The notes under the pieces: model-generated
Told to the model about the DNA's origin: nothing
Seen by the model: only the letters and a program-made list of their open reading frames with translations
Database searches by the model: none
Part shown: positions 1 through 11,784 of the stretch, piece by piece
How the letters are laid out: each line of letters begins with the position of its first letter
Numbering within the stretch: the stretch's first letter is position 1
Made by a program: the position numbers and the translations under genes
From: Octopus bimaculoides
Lineage: Eukaryota
Reading direction: 5' to 3'
Length of the DNA stretch: 50,015 nucleotides
Assembly (NCBI RefSeq): GCF_001194135.2
Contig: NC_068997.1
Location: 32,869,614 to 32,919,628 of the forward strand

Positions 1-20
1 ATATATATATATATATATAT

Positions 21-98
<78 letters not shown>
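1..98. repeat. Compound microsatellite (TA)n-(GATA)n
   Basis: Read directly from the sequence. Confidence 0.98.
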
Positions 99-100
<2 letters not shown>

Positions 101-613
101 AACTTACTTGGAAAAGGATGTGTGACGTTCGATCATATAATAATATAAATAATATATAAATATGTGCATATATCTATGCATATATGTACATGCCTACATC
201 TATCTCTATATGTATACATACATGTATATATGGATACAGGACATAAAATAATGTTAAATACAATGAGAAACGAAAACATAAAAACGAATATATACTTATA
301 TATTTATGTATATATATATATATATATGTGTATATGTATATGCATATGTAGACTCACGCACACATATAGTAAAACTATATATATATAGTAAAATTTCATC
401 ATTTTACTCATTCTCATCCTTTTCGTTTGGACTTTGCTGTCAACCAATGATTGTGGCCCGTTGGTTCTTCCATTTAATTGGAATACCCTGCTTCTAATAT
501 TCTATAATAATAATAATTTATATGATGTACATATCAATTTCATGTAAGACATATGGTAAAAAAGCCACAGAATTTAGAATAGAATATAGTCAGTTAAAGA
601 AACGCACTAAAAC

Positions 614-708
614 ACTTATTTTATTTTATTGACCCCCCGGAAGGATGAAAGGCACGGTTGTCTTTTGCTAGATGTGAACTCTGAAGGTGAAGCATTTTGC
701 CCGACGTT
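614..708 (-). mobile_element. Degenerate SINE family B fragment
   Basis: Matches the internal motif (ttattgaccc..gaaggatgaaaggc..gaactc..aagcattttgcccg) of the copies at 3680-3894 and 28779-28990. Confidence 0.65.
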
Positions 709-979
709 TTGTTATGGGAATCCACTATTGTAAATGAAATATAAATATTGTCATTTATTGTACTGAACTTGCCAAACTGCTGTGATATTTAACTTCGAGT
801 TGATACCTGCAGTGTAATTGTTACTGCACAGAAATCTCCAGAGGATTACAAACTGGTCAATAGGGCTATAACTTAGTAATAGTGACGGTTAGAAGAGACG
901 TGTGAGTATTGGGTGTGTCTTGCTGAAGATAATACACAGCTTGTTTGTCCCAAGGAACCGGAAACTCTGTGGCATTGTT

Positions 980-982
<3 letters not shown>

Positions 983-1072
<90 letters not shown>

Positions 1073-1120
1073 GGAGAGAGAGAGAGAGCGAATGAAGTGT
1101 GAGAGGAAGAGAGAGAGAGA
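983..1120. repeat. (GA)n microsatellite, imperfect at the 3' end
   Basis: Read directly; source of the ERER/SLSL ORFs. Confidence 0.97.
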
Positions 1121-1421
1121 TGAAGAAAATTGTGGTTGGGTTGGGACAGTGAAAGTAGAATATTTGTAAAAAAAAGGGTTTGCCAATCAGTCGGATAGCA
1201 AATAACTCACACAAAATATAATAAATGGATAATGAAATGTCAAAATATCCCTTCACTGTAGATCAAAGAGAATATTTATTTAAAAATCGCCTCATTCTTT
1301 ATCGAAAATAGCAGGAAAAATAGATATATGAACATCTCTCAATTAAGTATTTTGGCACTATAGTTGAGGAATCCGCTAGCTTTGAAGAAAATACTATTAA
1401 AATAGGAGCTTGTATTGTATT

Positions 1422-2066
1422 GTATTTCTTGTCACCAGTCACTATTTGGTCCAAATAAGATTCATTCGTGAGACGTGACAACAAAGAAGAGTACATATTC
1501 ACTCTCTGCGCACGGTTAGATTCGGAAAGTTTGTGAGGAACCCATTGACGCAATCTACTGATATTTCCGATGGCAGGCAGGTGTCAATGGATGGATGAAT
1601 GCCCAAATCCAAGCTTCTCTGCTAGTTCCTAAACAGTTACGATGGGATTTTGTTCCACAAGGTTTGCAGGACGTCTTCGTCGAGCTCTACAGATCTTCCA
1701 GGACGAGGCTCGTCTTCTGGGCTGTAGTTTCCGGCTCGGAATTTCTGGAACCACCGTTGACACTGGCTTACGCTTATTGTCCGATCCCCATATACTTACA
1801 TTAATATTCCTAGCATTATCCGTCGCGCTGTTGCCTTTATTGAACTCATAAAGCAAAATATGTCGAATATGCTCCTTTGCCACTTCCATTATGGCTTCGA
1901 AAATATAACTGTTAAAATCGAACTGCACTCTTCAAAACTTGCATTAAGAATAAGTACAAGGTAAAATTACAACCTGTTTTATAGCAAATTGATGCAGATA
2001 GTCTATCCTCCTCCGACTTTTAGTTCATGCAATTGAAAAGACCACATTATTTATGGGAAGACCCAA
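1422..2066 (-). mobile_element. Mariner transposon, 5' half (decayed transposase)
   Basis: Minus-strand frames give MEVAKEHIRHILLYEFNKG (HTH), LVEQNPIVTV*ELAEKLGFGHS, WVPHKL and DQIVTGDKK (mariner WVPHEL and IVTGDEKW motifs). The end reads TA+TTGGGTCTTCCCATAAATAATG on the minus strand (TA at 2067-2068). Frameshifts and stops present; no second TIR found. Confidence 0.9.
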
Positions 2067-2770
2067 TATTTTGAAGGCAAGAAGATAAAATTCTTTCAAT
2101 ATATTTCTAATTTCAGGTTGGATTTCAGAAAAGTTTATATAAAAAAAACATATTTTACGAAATTAACATCCCGGGAAAGATATGAAATACTTCAAATAGA
2201 TTGCAAATAATTTTGAAGCAATCTTCAATTTTACACTTTTTAGCCATGTTACATTCAATATGTAATTCTCACNNNNNNNNNNNNNNNNNNNNNNNNNNNN
2301 NNNNNNNNNNNNNNNNNNNNNNNNNNNNNNNNNNNNNNNNNNNNNNNNNNNNNNNNNNNNNNNNNNNNNNNNNNNNNNNNATATATATAAAATTGAACAA
2401 GTTGGAGCTAACAAGAAGGAGTACAAAGAAACATTTATTTGTAATCACTACAATTGTTTCCACGCAATGTAGTTCTCCAGATTCGCAGGTATTTGGTTAT
2501 GTAACTGTTTCCCTGCATTGTGAGATCTTGTGTTTCATCAGGTGATATATAAATATTGCTTCTGTGTTCAGTAAACTCAAATTTTCGCCTACGACCACAT
2601 CCTTTCTGCCTGTTGTGGCTATGCGAGGAGGTAGTATTCACTCAGTCTATCAATATATATATATATATATATATATAAACACAATTTAAAATTTAGGGTT
2701 CAACAAGTATTGCTTCACCACACTCCGAAAATTAGAAATAGCAACCAAAACTACTATTTCTCTACTAAAA

Positions 2771-2850
2771 TACGACTCCCAAAACCGGTAATACTCGCAA
2801 ACTACAAAGGCCTTTGTAGTTTGCGAGTATTACCGGTTTTGGGAGTCGTA
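2771..2850. repeat. Perfect 80-bp spacerless palindrome
   Basis: 2771-2810 is the exact reverse complement of 2811-2850. Confidence 0.97.
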
Positions 2851-3077
2851 ATTAAACCAAAATTACAATGCAGTTAATCGAAAGCCTTTATCTTCCTCTA
2901 ACCATCTCCAGGTCTGGAAATATTATGGGGCATATCATTCTATTGTAATACAAAAACAACAAAGCATGATGTAACCAGCGGAGGGTCCTGTGTTTGATCG
3001 TAAAATCGATTAGAAATAGTAGGCAAATCTCTTTAAGATACATTCAGCCCTCTTTTAAATTTCTAAAACATTTAGAT

Positions 3078-3421
3078 CAAAGGGTCTCAACCGGGGTCCA
3101 TATCAACCCTGGGAGTGCATATAAGATTTCTGGGGTTCACACGAGCAAAATAGTAATCTAGGGACCCACAGTAGTATATTAAGGATCCATGAAAAAATTT
3201 TGCTTTAGATGTATTTATTGCAAGAAACAGCTAAATTTGATTCCCTACCGTTTTACATAGTTCAACCTACAAAAGTTAAAGTTTGAAAAACAAAATAGGA
3301 ATTTTGAAAGAAATTTCTATAAAACTAGTTTTAAAACATCGAATGGCTATGATGGTCCGCCAGAATAAAATAGTAATCAAAGGGGTGCTTAAGTAAAAAA
3401 AAAAAAAGTTGAGAACCACTG
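3078..3421. mobile_element. hAT (Charlie-type) MITE, 344 bp
   Basis: Left end CAAAGGGTCTCAACC; right end reverse complement CAGTGGTTCTCAAC. Identical 8-bp TSD ATTTAGAT at 3070-3077 and 3422-3429. No ORF. Confidence 0.88.
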
Positions 3422-3679
3422 ATTTAGATGATATAGAATGGACTTGGCTAGAATAAATTTGACCATAGGTTACTGATGACCGGGAACTAACTTAAAACAA
3501 GTCATACATATGAAATTTAGCATAGACACAACACCCAAGACTGCCAATGTAGACTTTATAATTATAAGATAATAGAAGGCTTAACAGAGTGTAATGCAAC
3601 ACTAACATAAATTTCTTTAAAACTCAAGTCTAGCTGAAGCGTGTTCAAGACTCCGTAGCATATATTAAGTCTTGAATAT

Positions 3680-3894
3680 TAGTTTCAAATTTTTTGGCAC
3701 AATGCCAGTAATTATAGGGGTGCGGTTAAATCGGTTATATCCACCCAGTGTTCAGATGTACTTATTTTATCGACCCCGAAAAGATTAAAAGTAAAGTAGA
3801 CAATGGCGGAATTAGAACTCAGAACCTAAAGACGGACGAAATGATACTAAGCATTTTGTCCGGAGTGCTAACGTTTCTGTCATCTCACCGTCTT
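3680..3894 (-). mobile_element. tRNA-derived SINE family B, near full length
   Basis: Minus strand shows a head AAGACGGTGAGATGACAGAAACGTTAGCAC, a B-box-like GAGTTCTAATTCC, and a central TCTTTTCGGGGTCGATAAAATAAGTAC. Colinear with 28779-28990 and 48486-48709. Confidence 0.85.
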
Positions 3895-4521
3895 ATGTGA
3901 TTTGAAGATTAATAAAGTATAATAACACACTAGAAATGCATACCTTCAAAACTAAGTCCAGTATAACAAAGCTCATTAACAATGTAACCAACTGTGCTAC
4001 CAGGTTACACATCATCGTTGAAATAGCATCATTCGTTCAAAAAGACTCCAATGCATACGGCGTATCCTGGTATACAAACAGTACAAATATCACGTGATGT
4101 AACACAATAGCATTGCAAGTAAAATACTTTCTTCAATCCTAAACCATCCACACCAACACACTCACATCCAAAACTAATTACATTAGCTCCTACTTCTGAT
4201 ACAGCCTATGATAAATACATTGTAAACAATCCACTAGCACTACCCCGACAATGTCACTATCAAAATAGTGTTTAGGTATAATAAAATGATAGATAATTTG
4301 AATAGTAATAATTTGTGAAAATAACTAAATCTTCGAAGATTTATTAATTCCCAGAATAGCAAACATAACAGTCACAATACAAAATAAAATTATTGCTTTT
4401 ATCACACAATTCAAGATGAAATTTTCTACCGAAAATATCCTAGGAAGTAACATATCTTTGTCTTCCTAATCTAATTCCTCCGTATTTGCTGCCATTTATT
4501 GTTCAACTTCTGCTTTAAAGG

Positions 4522-4699
4522 TATATATATATATAAACACATACACACACACACACATACACGCGCGCACGCACACAAGCACACACGCACACATATATGC
4601 ATATATATATATATGTGTGTGTATGTATGCATGTATATGTATATCCATGTATGTGTGTGTGTGTGTGTGTATATATGCATATGTATATATATATATATA
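4522..4699. repeat. Compound (TA)/(CA)/(TG) microsatellite running into a gap
   Basis: Read directly. Confidence 0.93.
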
Positions 4700-5479
4700 N
4701 NNNNNNNNNNNNNNNNNNNNNNNNNNNNNNNNNNNNNNNNNNNNNNNNNNNNNNNNNNNNNNNNNNNNNNNNNNNNNNNNNNNNNNNNNNNNNNNNNNNN
4801 NNNNNNNNNNNNNNNNNNNNNNNNNATTACATGTCTATACTATAATGGAGAAAGTTGCTTATTAATTAAGTATGTAACAATTACTAAAAGTACTACAAGA
4901 ATGCAATATTAAAGGCTTAACCGTCTGGAAATATTTTTATAAATTCATGTTCTAAGAAATTATCAAATATTTCGATTTCTGAAGTTTATTGAATTTTTTT
5001 AATTCCAGATTCTCGCAAATTTAAATATTCATTGCATTTACTGCGTTCAATTCTTCATGAATTTAAATATTCATGGCATTCACTGCGGAGTAGATTTTAA
5101 TGTTTAATAATAAACACTATTAATTCGTTGCAGGCAACATTTTACGTTTTTTTTATTTGCAGCAGTCTCTCATTCTCACTCGCCTCTATTTTCATTAATG
5201 ATAATTTAAGAATAGCTATATAACTTTGATACGAGGCACAATTTCAAGAACATTATCAGTTTCCGGAGTTTGTTAAATGAATACTTTTGATAAGATGAAA
5301 ATTCTTTAACATACCGGTATAATGTTTTGTTGTTTTTTTTAATCAAGAAGTGATTTTGTTGTATGGCTTCCTAGAACGCTATAAGCCTTACAGTAATAAC
5401 TATGTGATCACTGTTATTTCTAGCACGCTAAACAAGATAGTTTTTAACGAGCTTTCATTTATATATAACATGCGACTGA

Positions 5480-6440
5480 AAAAGAAAATTTAGCAGCAAA
5501 AGCACAACAGTAGAGAGAAAGACGTGCAACTGAATCAGATGAAACCAGAGCAAAGCGACTGAAACAGATGCTTGAATATGCACGGAGACGTTTCCGCTAC
5601 ACATGACTGACTGGTTAGGGTATCTCTAGAGAAGAATATTCTACTTCAAAATAATGGTGTCGGATCAGAAATTGTTGATGCAACACTAAAGAGATCTTTT
5701 CTTTGCAATCATGTGCAAGTAGTGGAGTTGACAACCAATCTAAAACTTCTTACAGAAGGTCATTCTGATGAAAGAGAGTTTGCTAATTACCTTCTTGGTG
5801 TAGGAAATGGTAACATTTCTGTTGAACAAAGCCTAGGTGGATTCAAACTCAAACTACCCAATGATCCTTGCCTTGAAAGTGTGATTTTGTATACGCTGAC
5901 CTCAAAAATAACTTCACAAACCCTGTATGGCTTGCAAATAGAACTGTCATTACTTCAACTCATTAAGCAGCACAATTTGTGAATGATTTTCTGTTGACCA
6001 GGATCGCTGGTGAGCTAAAGATATACTGAGGCTCAGATACAGTTGATAATGAAACTCTGTACCCAATCGAGTTCATCAACAAACTGGCACACGCTACATC
6101 ATTGTCAGTTTAGATGATCATGTTATTGAGGCCGAGGTTGCTTCTGGTCCTTATGCAGGATCAACTCTGCTAATCCCAAGAATACCACATGTATCTCAAG
6201 AAATGAAATTTACATTTACATTTACACGCAAACAATTTCCTGTCAAGCCAGCTTTTGCTTTGACGTGCAGACCATTGAACAAATTGGAACATATCTTCCG
6301 ACACAATTCTTCTCATATGGTCAGCTGTATGCTGCATTATCCTAGAGTTCAAAAGAAGGCTAATGTAAAAATATTGGCTGAGAGAAATGGAAACAGTATG
6401 ATTACTGACAATTGTGTTTACAAGGACAAACTACTTTAAA
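5480..6440 (+). mobile_element. Helitron remnant (PIF1-like helicase C-terminus plus putative N-terminal repeat), internally deleted
   Basis: Frames give EIVDATLKRSFLCNHVQVVELTTN, EFANYLLGVGNG, YPIEFINKL, IEAEVASGPYAGSTLLIPRIP, FTRKQFPVKPAFALT and TDNCVYKD, matching Helitron RepHel helicase motifs. 5480-5600 gives RERRATESDETRAKRL, resembling RepHel N-terminal repeats. Multiple frameshifts. Confidence 0.85.
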
Positions 6441-6699
6441 GCAAAATATGCTTTTTAGCAAATTTCAGTAAGTAGAATTAATACTTAAATTAATATGTAA
6501 AGTAACATATTTGTGTGGAATCAAATTGTTTTGGCGTATTTCAACACATGCCGAATGAATGATATCGTTATATTAGATCATTTTAAATTTGGGTATATTT
6601 GAAAAAGTAAGGAAACGTCATTCCCATATGTTCTCAAAGCACCATACTTTTGTGTGCGTGAGTGTAAGTATCACTCCCTCCTCCCTCCCCCATCCATTC

Positions 6700-6755
6700 A
6701 TCCATCTATCCATCCATCTATGTATGTATGTATGTATCTATCTATATATCTATCC

Positions 6756-6825
<70 letters not shown>
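6700..6825. repeat. Compound tetranucleotide microsatellite (CCAT)/(TATG)/(TCTA)n
   Basis: Read directly. Confidence 0.95.
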
Positions 6826-7389
6826 GCACACCTATGTAAGTTCTACCAATTATTAATGATAAGTATATATAACAGATTGACTCTTTAAAAAAGAGAGATT
6901 ATGACTGATAAAATAATGAAAGCAATATTTACTAAGCAAGAGAGCACTATTACACAAAGAAATAATTCGATTTAAAATATCATAAAAATTACTAGAATCG
7001 AGAATCAAATGTGGAAATGTTATCAAATGGCTAGTATATAGTATACGCATCTCTGCACATACATATACACACTTACCTATATGCAAAAATACATATATAT
7101 GCATGCATACATACACACCCAATCGTATGTACACATGTGAACGTAAATGTCTCCTGATGTTACTGGATTAGGGTAAATAAATCGCTAAATATGCAAAGAA
7201 AACAAGATGAATAGAGATAAACTGAGAGAATTACTTAAATTTCTTACTGAAATGAACAAGGGAGAAGGAAAGAGGGTAAGAATTACATGTGTGCGTGTGT
7301 GTGTGTGTGTGCGAGAGAGTGGGAGAGTGCGGAGTGCGAGAGAAATTGAAATAGATAGTTGAAGAAAGAAAGAAAGAAAGAAATTAAGA

Positions 7390-7550
7390 GGGCGCTATGG
7401 AGCTTTCGTCATGCCGTCACTTTGAGAGGTAAGATCGATATCTATGAGGCTGTTGTCCTTACATGACTTCTCTGCGGCACTGAATCGTGAACTTCACACA
7501 CGAAGTATGTTTAGCAATTTCATTGTTATTATATGCTGTGCTCCAGACAC
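7390..7550 (+). mobile_element. RTE-clade LINE fragment (post-RT region)
   Basis: TLRGKIDIYEAVVLT*LLCGTES*T..QFH resembles the RTE motif TK.KVY.AVVL..LLYG.E.W...E.FH. Confidence 0.65.
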
Positions 7551-8164
7551 AAACGTAACGTCAAATGAAGTGACACACTAAAAAATATTTCTACATTGTT
7601 GACATGTAACACGGCTGATATTTATTCTNNNNNNNNNNNNNNNNNNNNNNNNNNNNNNNNNNNNNNNNNNNNNNNNNNNNNNNNNNNNNNNNNNNNNNNN
7701 NNNNNNNNNNNNNNNNNNNNNNNNNNNNNNNNNNNNNNNNNNNNNNNNNNNNNNNNNNNNNNNNNNNNNNNNNNNNNNNNNNNNNNNNNNNNNNNNNNNN
7801 NNNNNNNNNNNNNNNNNNNNNNNNNNNNNNNNNNNNNNNNNNNNNNNNNNNNNNNNNNNNNNNNNNNNNNNNNNNNNNNNNNNNNNNNNNNNNNNNNNNN
7901 NNNNNNNNNNNNNNNNNNNNNNNNNNNNNNNNNNNNNNNNNNNNNNNNNNNNNNNNNNNNNNNNNNNNNNNNNNNNNNNNNNNNNNNNNNNTATATATGA
8001 TCGACATATATATATATACATGATTGACTCTCCAGTCTTTAAACAACGTATGAGGGTTCAACAGTTTCTTATCGAACAACCACACAGATGATTTGTTTAT
8101 AGTGATCAAATGTTTGTGTAGACATGAGCTCAATCATTCAATCTCATAATGTCAATCTGATGGG

Positions 8165-8325
8165 GGCATCAGATTGACACTACTTGTACAGGTGCAACGG
8201 GTGCCGCATGTCAGATGTTGAAATGAAATGCTTCGCTCAAGAAGACAACGCAACGCCTGGTTTGGGAATCGAACCCACGATCTCGCAAACATGAGTGCAA
8301 CACCTTAATCACTAAGCCATGCACC

Positions 8326-8327
<2 letters not shown>
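8165..8327 (-). mobile_element. tRNA-derived SINE family C, 5' part
   Basis: Reverse complement has an A-box-like TGGCTTAGTGATTAAGG and a B-box GGTTCGATTCCC, followed by GCGTTGTCTTCTTGAGC. Colinear with 41214-41415. Confidence 0.8.
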
Positions 8328-8328
<1 letters not shown>

Positions 8329-8366
<38 letters not shown>

Positions 8367-8483
8367 ACATACACATATATATATATATGCATAATGTATA
8401 TATATATATATATATATATATATGTGCGTGTGTGTATGAACGTATGTTTGTATGTATGTATGTGTATACATATATATATATAT
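8329..8483. repeat. Compound (CA)/(TA)/(TG) microsatellite flanking a gap
   Basis: Read directly. Confidence 0.93.
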
Positions 8484-9456
8484 NNNNNNNNNNNNNNNNN
8501 NNNNNNNNNNNNNNNNNNNNNNNNNNNNNNNNNNNNNNNNNNNNNNNNNNNNNNNNNNNNNNNNNNNNNNNNNNNNNNNNNNNNNNNNNNNNNNNNNNNN
8601 NNNNNNNNNNNNNNNNNNNNNNNNNNNNNNNNNNNNNNNNNNNNNNNNNNNNNNNNNNNNNNNNNNNNNNNNNNNNNNNNNNNNNNNNNNNNNNNNNNNN
8701 NNNNNNNNNNNNNNNNNNNNNNNNNNNNNNNNNNNNNNNNNNNNNNNNNNNNNNNNNNNNNNNNNNNNNNNNNNNNNNNNNNNNNNNNNNNNNNNNNNNN
8801 NNNNNNNNNNNNNNNNNNNNNNNNNNNNNNNNNNNNNNNNNNNNNNNNNNNNNNNNNNNNNNNNNNNNNNNNNNNNNNNNNNNNNNNNNNNNNNNNNNNN
8901 NNNNNNNNNNNNNNNNNNNNNNNNNNNNNNNNNNNNNNNNNNNNNNNNNNNNNNNNNNNNNNNNNNNNNNNNNNNNNNNNNNNNNNNNNNNNNNNNNNNN
9001 NNNNNNNNNNNNNNNNNNNNNNNNNNNNNNNNNNNNNNNNNNNNNNNNNNNNNNNNNNNNNNNNNNNNNNNNNNNNNNNNNNNNNNNNNNNNNNNNNNNN
9101 NNNNNNNNNNNNNNNNNNNNNNNNNNNNNNNNNNNNNNNNNNNNNNNNNNNNNNNNNNNNNNNNNNNNNNNNNNNNNNNNNNNNNNNNNNNNNNNNNNNN
9201 NNNNNNNNNNNNNNNNNNNNNNNNNNNNNNNNNNNNNNNNNNNNNNNNNNNNNNNNNNNNNNNNNNNNNNNNNNNNNNNNNNNNNNNNNNNNNNNNNNNN
9301 NNNNNNNNNNNNNNNNNNNNNNNNNNNNNNNNNNNNNNNNNNNNNNNNNNNNNNNNNNNNNNNNNNNNNNNNNNNNNNNNNNNNNNNNNNNNNNNNNNNN
9401 NNNNNNNNNNNNNNNNNNNNNNNNNNNNNNNNNNNNNNNNNNNNNNNNNNNNNNNN

Positions 9457-9494
<38 letters not shown>

Positions 9495-9729
9495 CGTAAT
9501 GGTAAGATTCAAGGATCGAGGTGGTAGAAAGTTAGTGAATAAACTTCAAGCAATCCATAGAAGATTTAAAAAGACAACTTTCAAGAGCAATAGTGGTTAT
9601 TGTGGCGCAAGAGGTTGTGAATTTTTCCTGTATTGAAGTACGACAAGCGAAAAAAGTTAATTTTATAGTTCGTGGTTAGCAACAAGTGTTGTTGTATATG
9701 CGAATAGACATTTAAAAATTAGCAAGGAT

Positions 9730-9811
9730 TAGACCGCATGCTACTCTTCATGCCAAGGATACTTTGATTATGGTCAAAGTATCCTTGGCCTGAAGAGTAG
9801 CTTGCGATCTA
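9730..9811. repeat. Long inverted repeat: 38-bp arms, 6-nt loop, 3 mismatches
   Basis: TAGACCGCATGCTACTCTTCATGCCAAGGATACTTTGA-ttatgg-TCAAAGTATCCTTGGCCTGAAGAGTAGCTTGCGATCTA. Confidence 0.92.
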
Positions 9812-9998
9812 CCCCTCGTTTGGATAATTTACAACTTCCGAGGTTCCGCTAGCTATGAAACATATATAGCCTGGATTTAGTCAACTCCATTCACCTCATT
9901 TTCGAATATCTGTATGTATGCATGTATGTATGTATGTATGTATGTATGTATGTATGTATGTATGTATGCGTATTTCGCCGATATACTCCGGGGAAATA

Positions 9999-10878
9999 CG
10001 AGATCTGATCAATAAGTATCCAGACTGTTGCCATAGTAACAAAGCTAAATCACGCAGAGTAAAGCCGCTCGGAAAAGATTTACCTTGATCTCTGCTGTCC
10101 ATTCGCACTAAGTTTTAACGTTCTAGCTCACTTCCGCTGTTTACAGCAGAGCTTGGAATGAAGGTATGCAGCGTGTGATTATCGCATTAACCATGACAGA
10201 GAAAGTTGTCATGGTGATACCTGTTCAGAGGCTTACGCAAAATTGCAGAAAGTGTAATGAGAGGAGTGCATGAGCCGCACACAAGTGTACGGGTCGTTCA
10301 GGCATTTCCAAGATGGCAGAAAAAATGTCGATATTGACGTTCTGGGAGTAGAACTCAGAAAAACATTGCAGATGTGCGTGCAGCTGAGGGGGGAAAACGT
10401 CGAATCACCATCTGTGAGTTATCAGAGGATGTGCAGATTAGTTACGTTTCAGTTCAATCCACTATCACTGAAGATTTGGGTACGAGACGCGTGTCAGCTA
10501 AGTTTGTTCCAAAACTGATTTTCAGCTGACCAAAAAGACTTCTGGCTTTCAGTTGCACAAGATCTCCTTGATTGTGTCGAGAACGATGAAAACTTTTTGA
10601 AACCTTTGCGTAGGCCTCTGAACAGGTATTGCCAAGCTTTTGGCAAAATTTGATGCAGATTCTCTGCTCAACTTCCTCTGTCATGGTCAATGCGACGATC
10701 ATGCGCTACACACCTTTATTCCAAACACTGCTGTAAACAGCGGAAGTAAGCAAGAACGTTAAAACTTAGTGCACATGTACAGCAGAGTTCAAGGTCAAGC
10801 TGTGGCAAGCAGCTTTACTCTGCGTGCTTTAGCTTCATTCTTAAAGCAACTGTCCGGATACTTATTGATCAAACCACG
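9999..10878 (+). mobile_element. Non-autonomous mariner derivative (880 bp) with very long inverted arms
   Basis: TA at 9997-9998 and 10879-10880. Termini CGAGATCTGATCAATAAGTATCC and (reverse complement) CGTGGTTTGATCAATAAGTATCC. Plus strand carries a decayed transposase N-terminus (MTEKV..TCSEAYAK, MSRTQVY..F.HFQDGRKNVD, VSAKFVPKL, DLLDCVENDENFLK); 10604-10878 is an inverted copy of the 5' end. Confidence 0.9.
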
Positions 10879-10944
10879 TATGTGTATGTAGTATACATAC
10901 CACCTGTTTATTACATACACATACACACATATGCAAATATATTT

Positions 10945-11025
10945 GCTGGGACACCATCTTGAAGGTAGGGTTTAGTCGAACAAATCGACCCTAGTACTTA
11001 TTGTCAAGCCAGATACTTATTCTAT
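10945..11025 (-). mobile_element. SINE family A, 3' fragment
   Basis: gctgggacaccatcttgaagg..tttagtcgaacaaatcgaccc..gatacttattctat matches the 3' module of other A copies. Confidence 0.75.
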
Positions 11026-11662
11026 GGAACATTATTGGCAAGCTGCTGCATTACACACATATAAATTGGAATACAAATGTAGAAGCGTCGAGAAATATGT
11101 CAATAACTCTTTATCAACGACGTGTCTCAAAACTAATTCAGCTAGTTTTTACCTTACAATACATAGCGCTATAACCCTTTTGAATGGTAAGAAACAAAAA
11201 GCTACCTGCAGGACACGACCCACGTATCTTCTGGTATCTAGACAGGCGTGCTACTGATTTCATTAAACTAGCCGCTGGTCAGTTATCTTCCAAATTGAAC
11301 TCTTTGATATAAACAGCCACAGGATCCTGCGCATATTCAGTCAAATTCCACTTACAAGGTATAGATGAAATCGAGCCTATATCACAAGATCCTACACAAA
11401 AGATTGACTCTGAAAACACAGGTTATGAAACAGACTCGTTAACCACATGCACGTACGCAACATTTGAAACAACACATACAACCATAAATAAATACACATA
11501 AAGGCACGCGCACGCACACGCATACACACATAGGCACACGTATAAGAATCACAGGAGAGTAATTTAAAAAGAGAGGTAGATAGATAGATAGAGAAAAAGA
11601 GAGACAGACAGACACAGAGGAACAGGTCGATCATGCAGGATGAGAGAAAAGAGATGGGGACA

Positions 11663-11784
<122 letters not shown>

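Noticed and set aside
8319-9636. Long ORFs of 130-434 aa in the track (also 7.6-8.1, 11.6-12.4, 16.5-17.4, 21.4-22.1, 32.7-33.4, 40.7-41.3, 42.8-44.1, 44.7-45.3 kb)
   Set aside because: Open only because of N-runs and dinucleotide repeats (YIYI, HTHT, ERER, SLSL).
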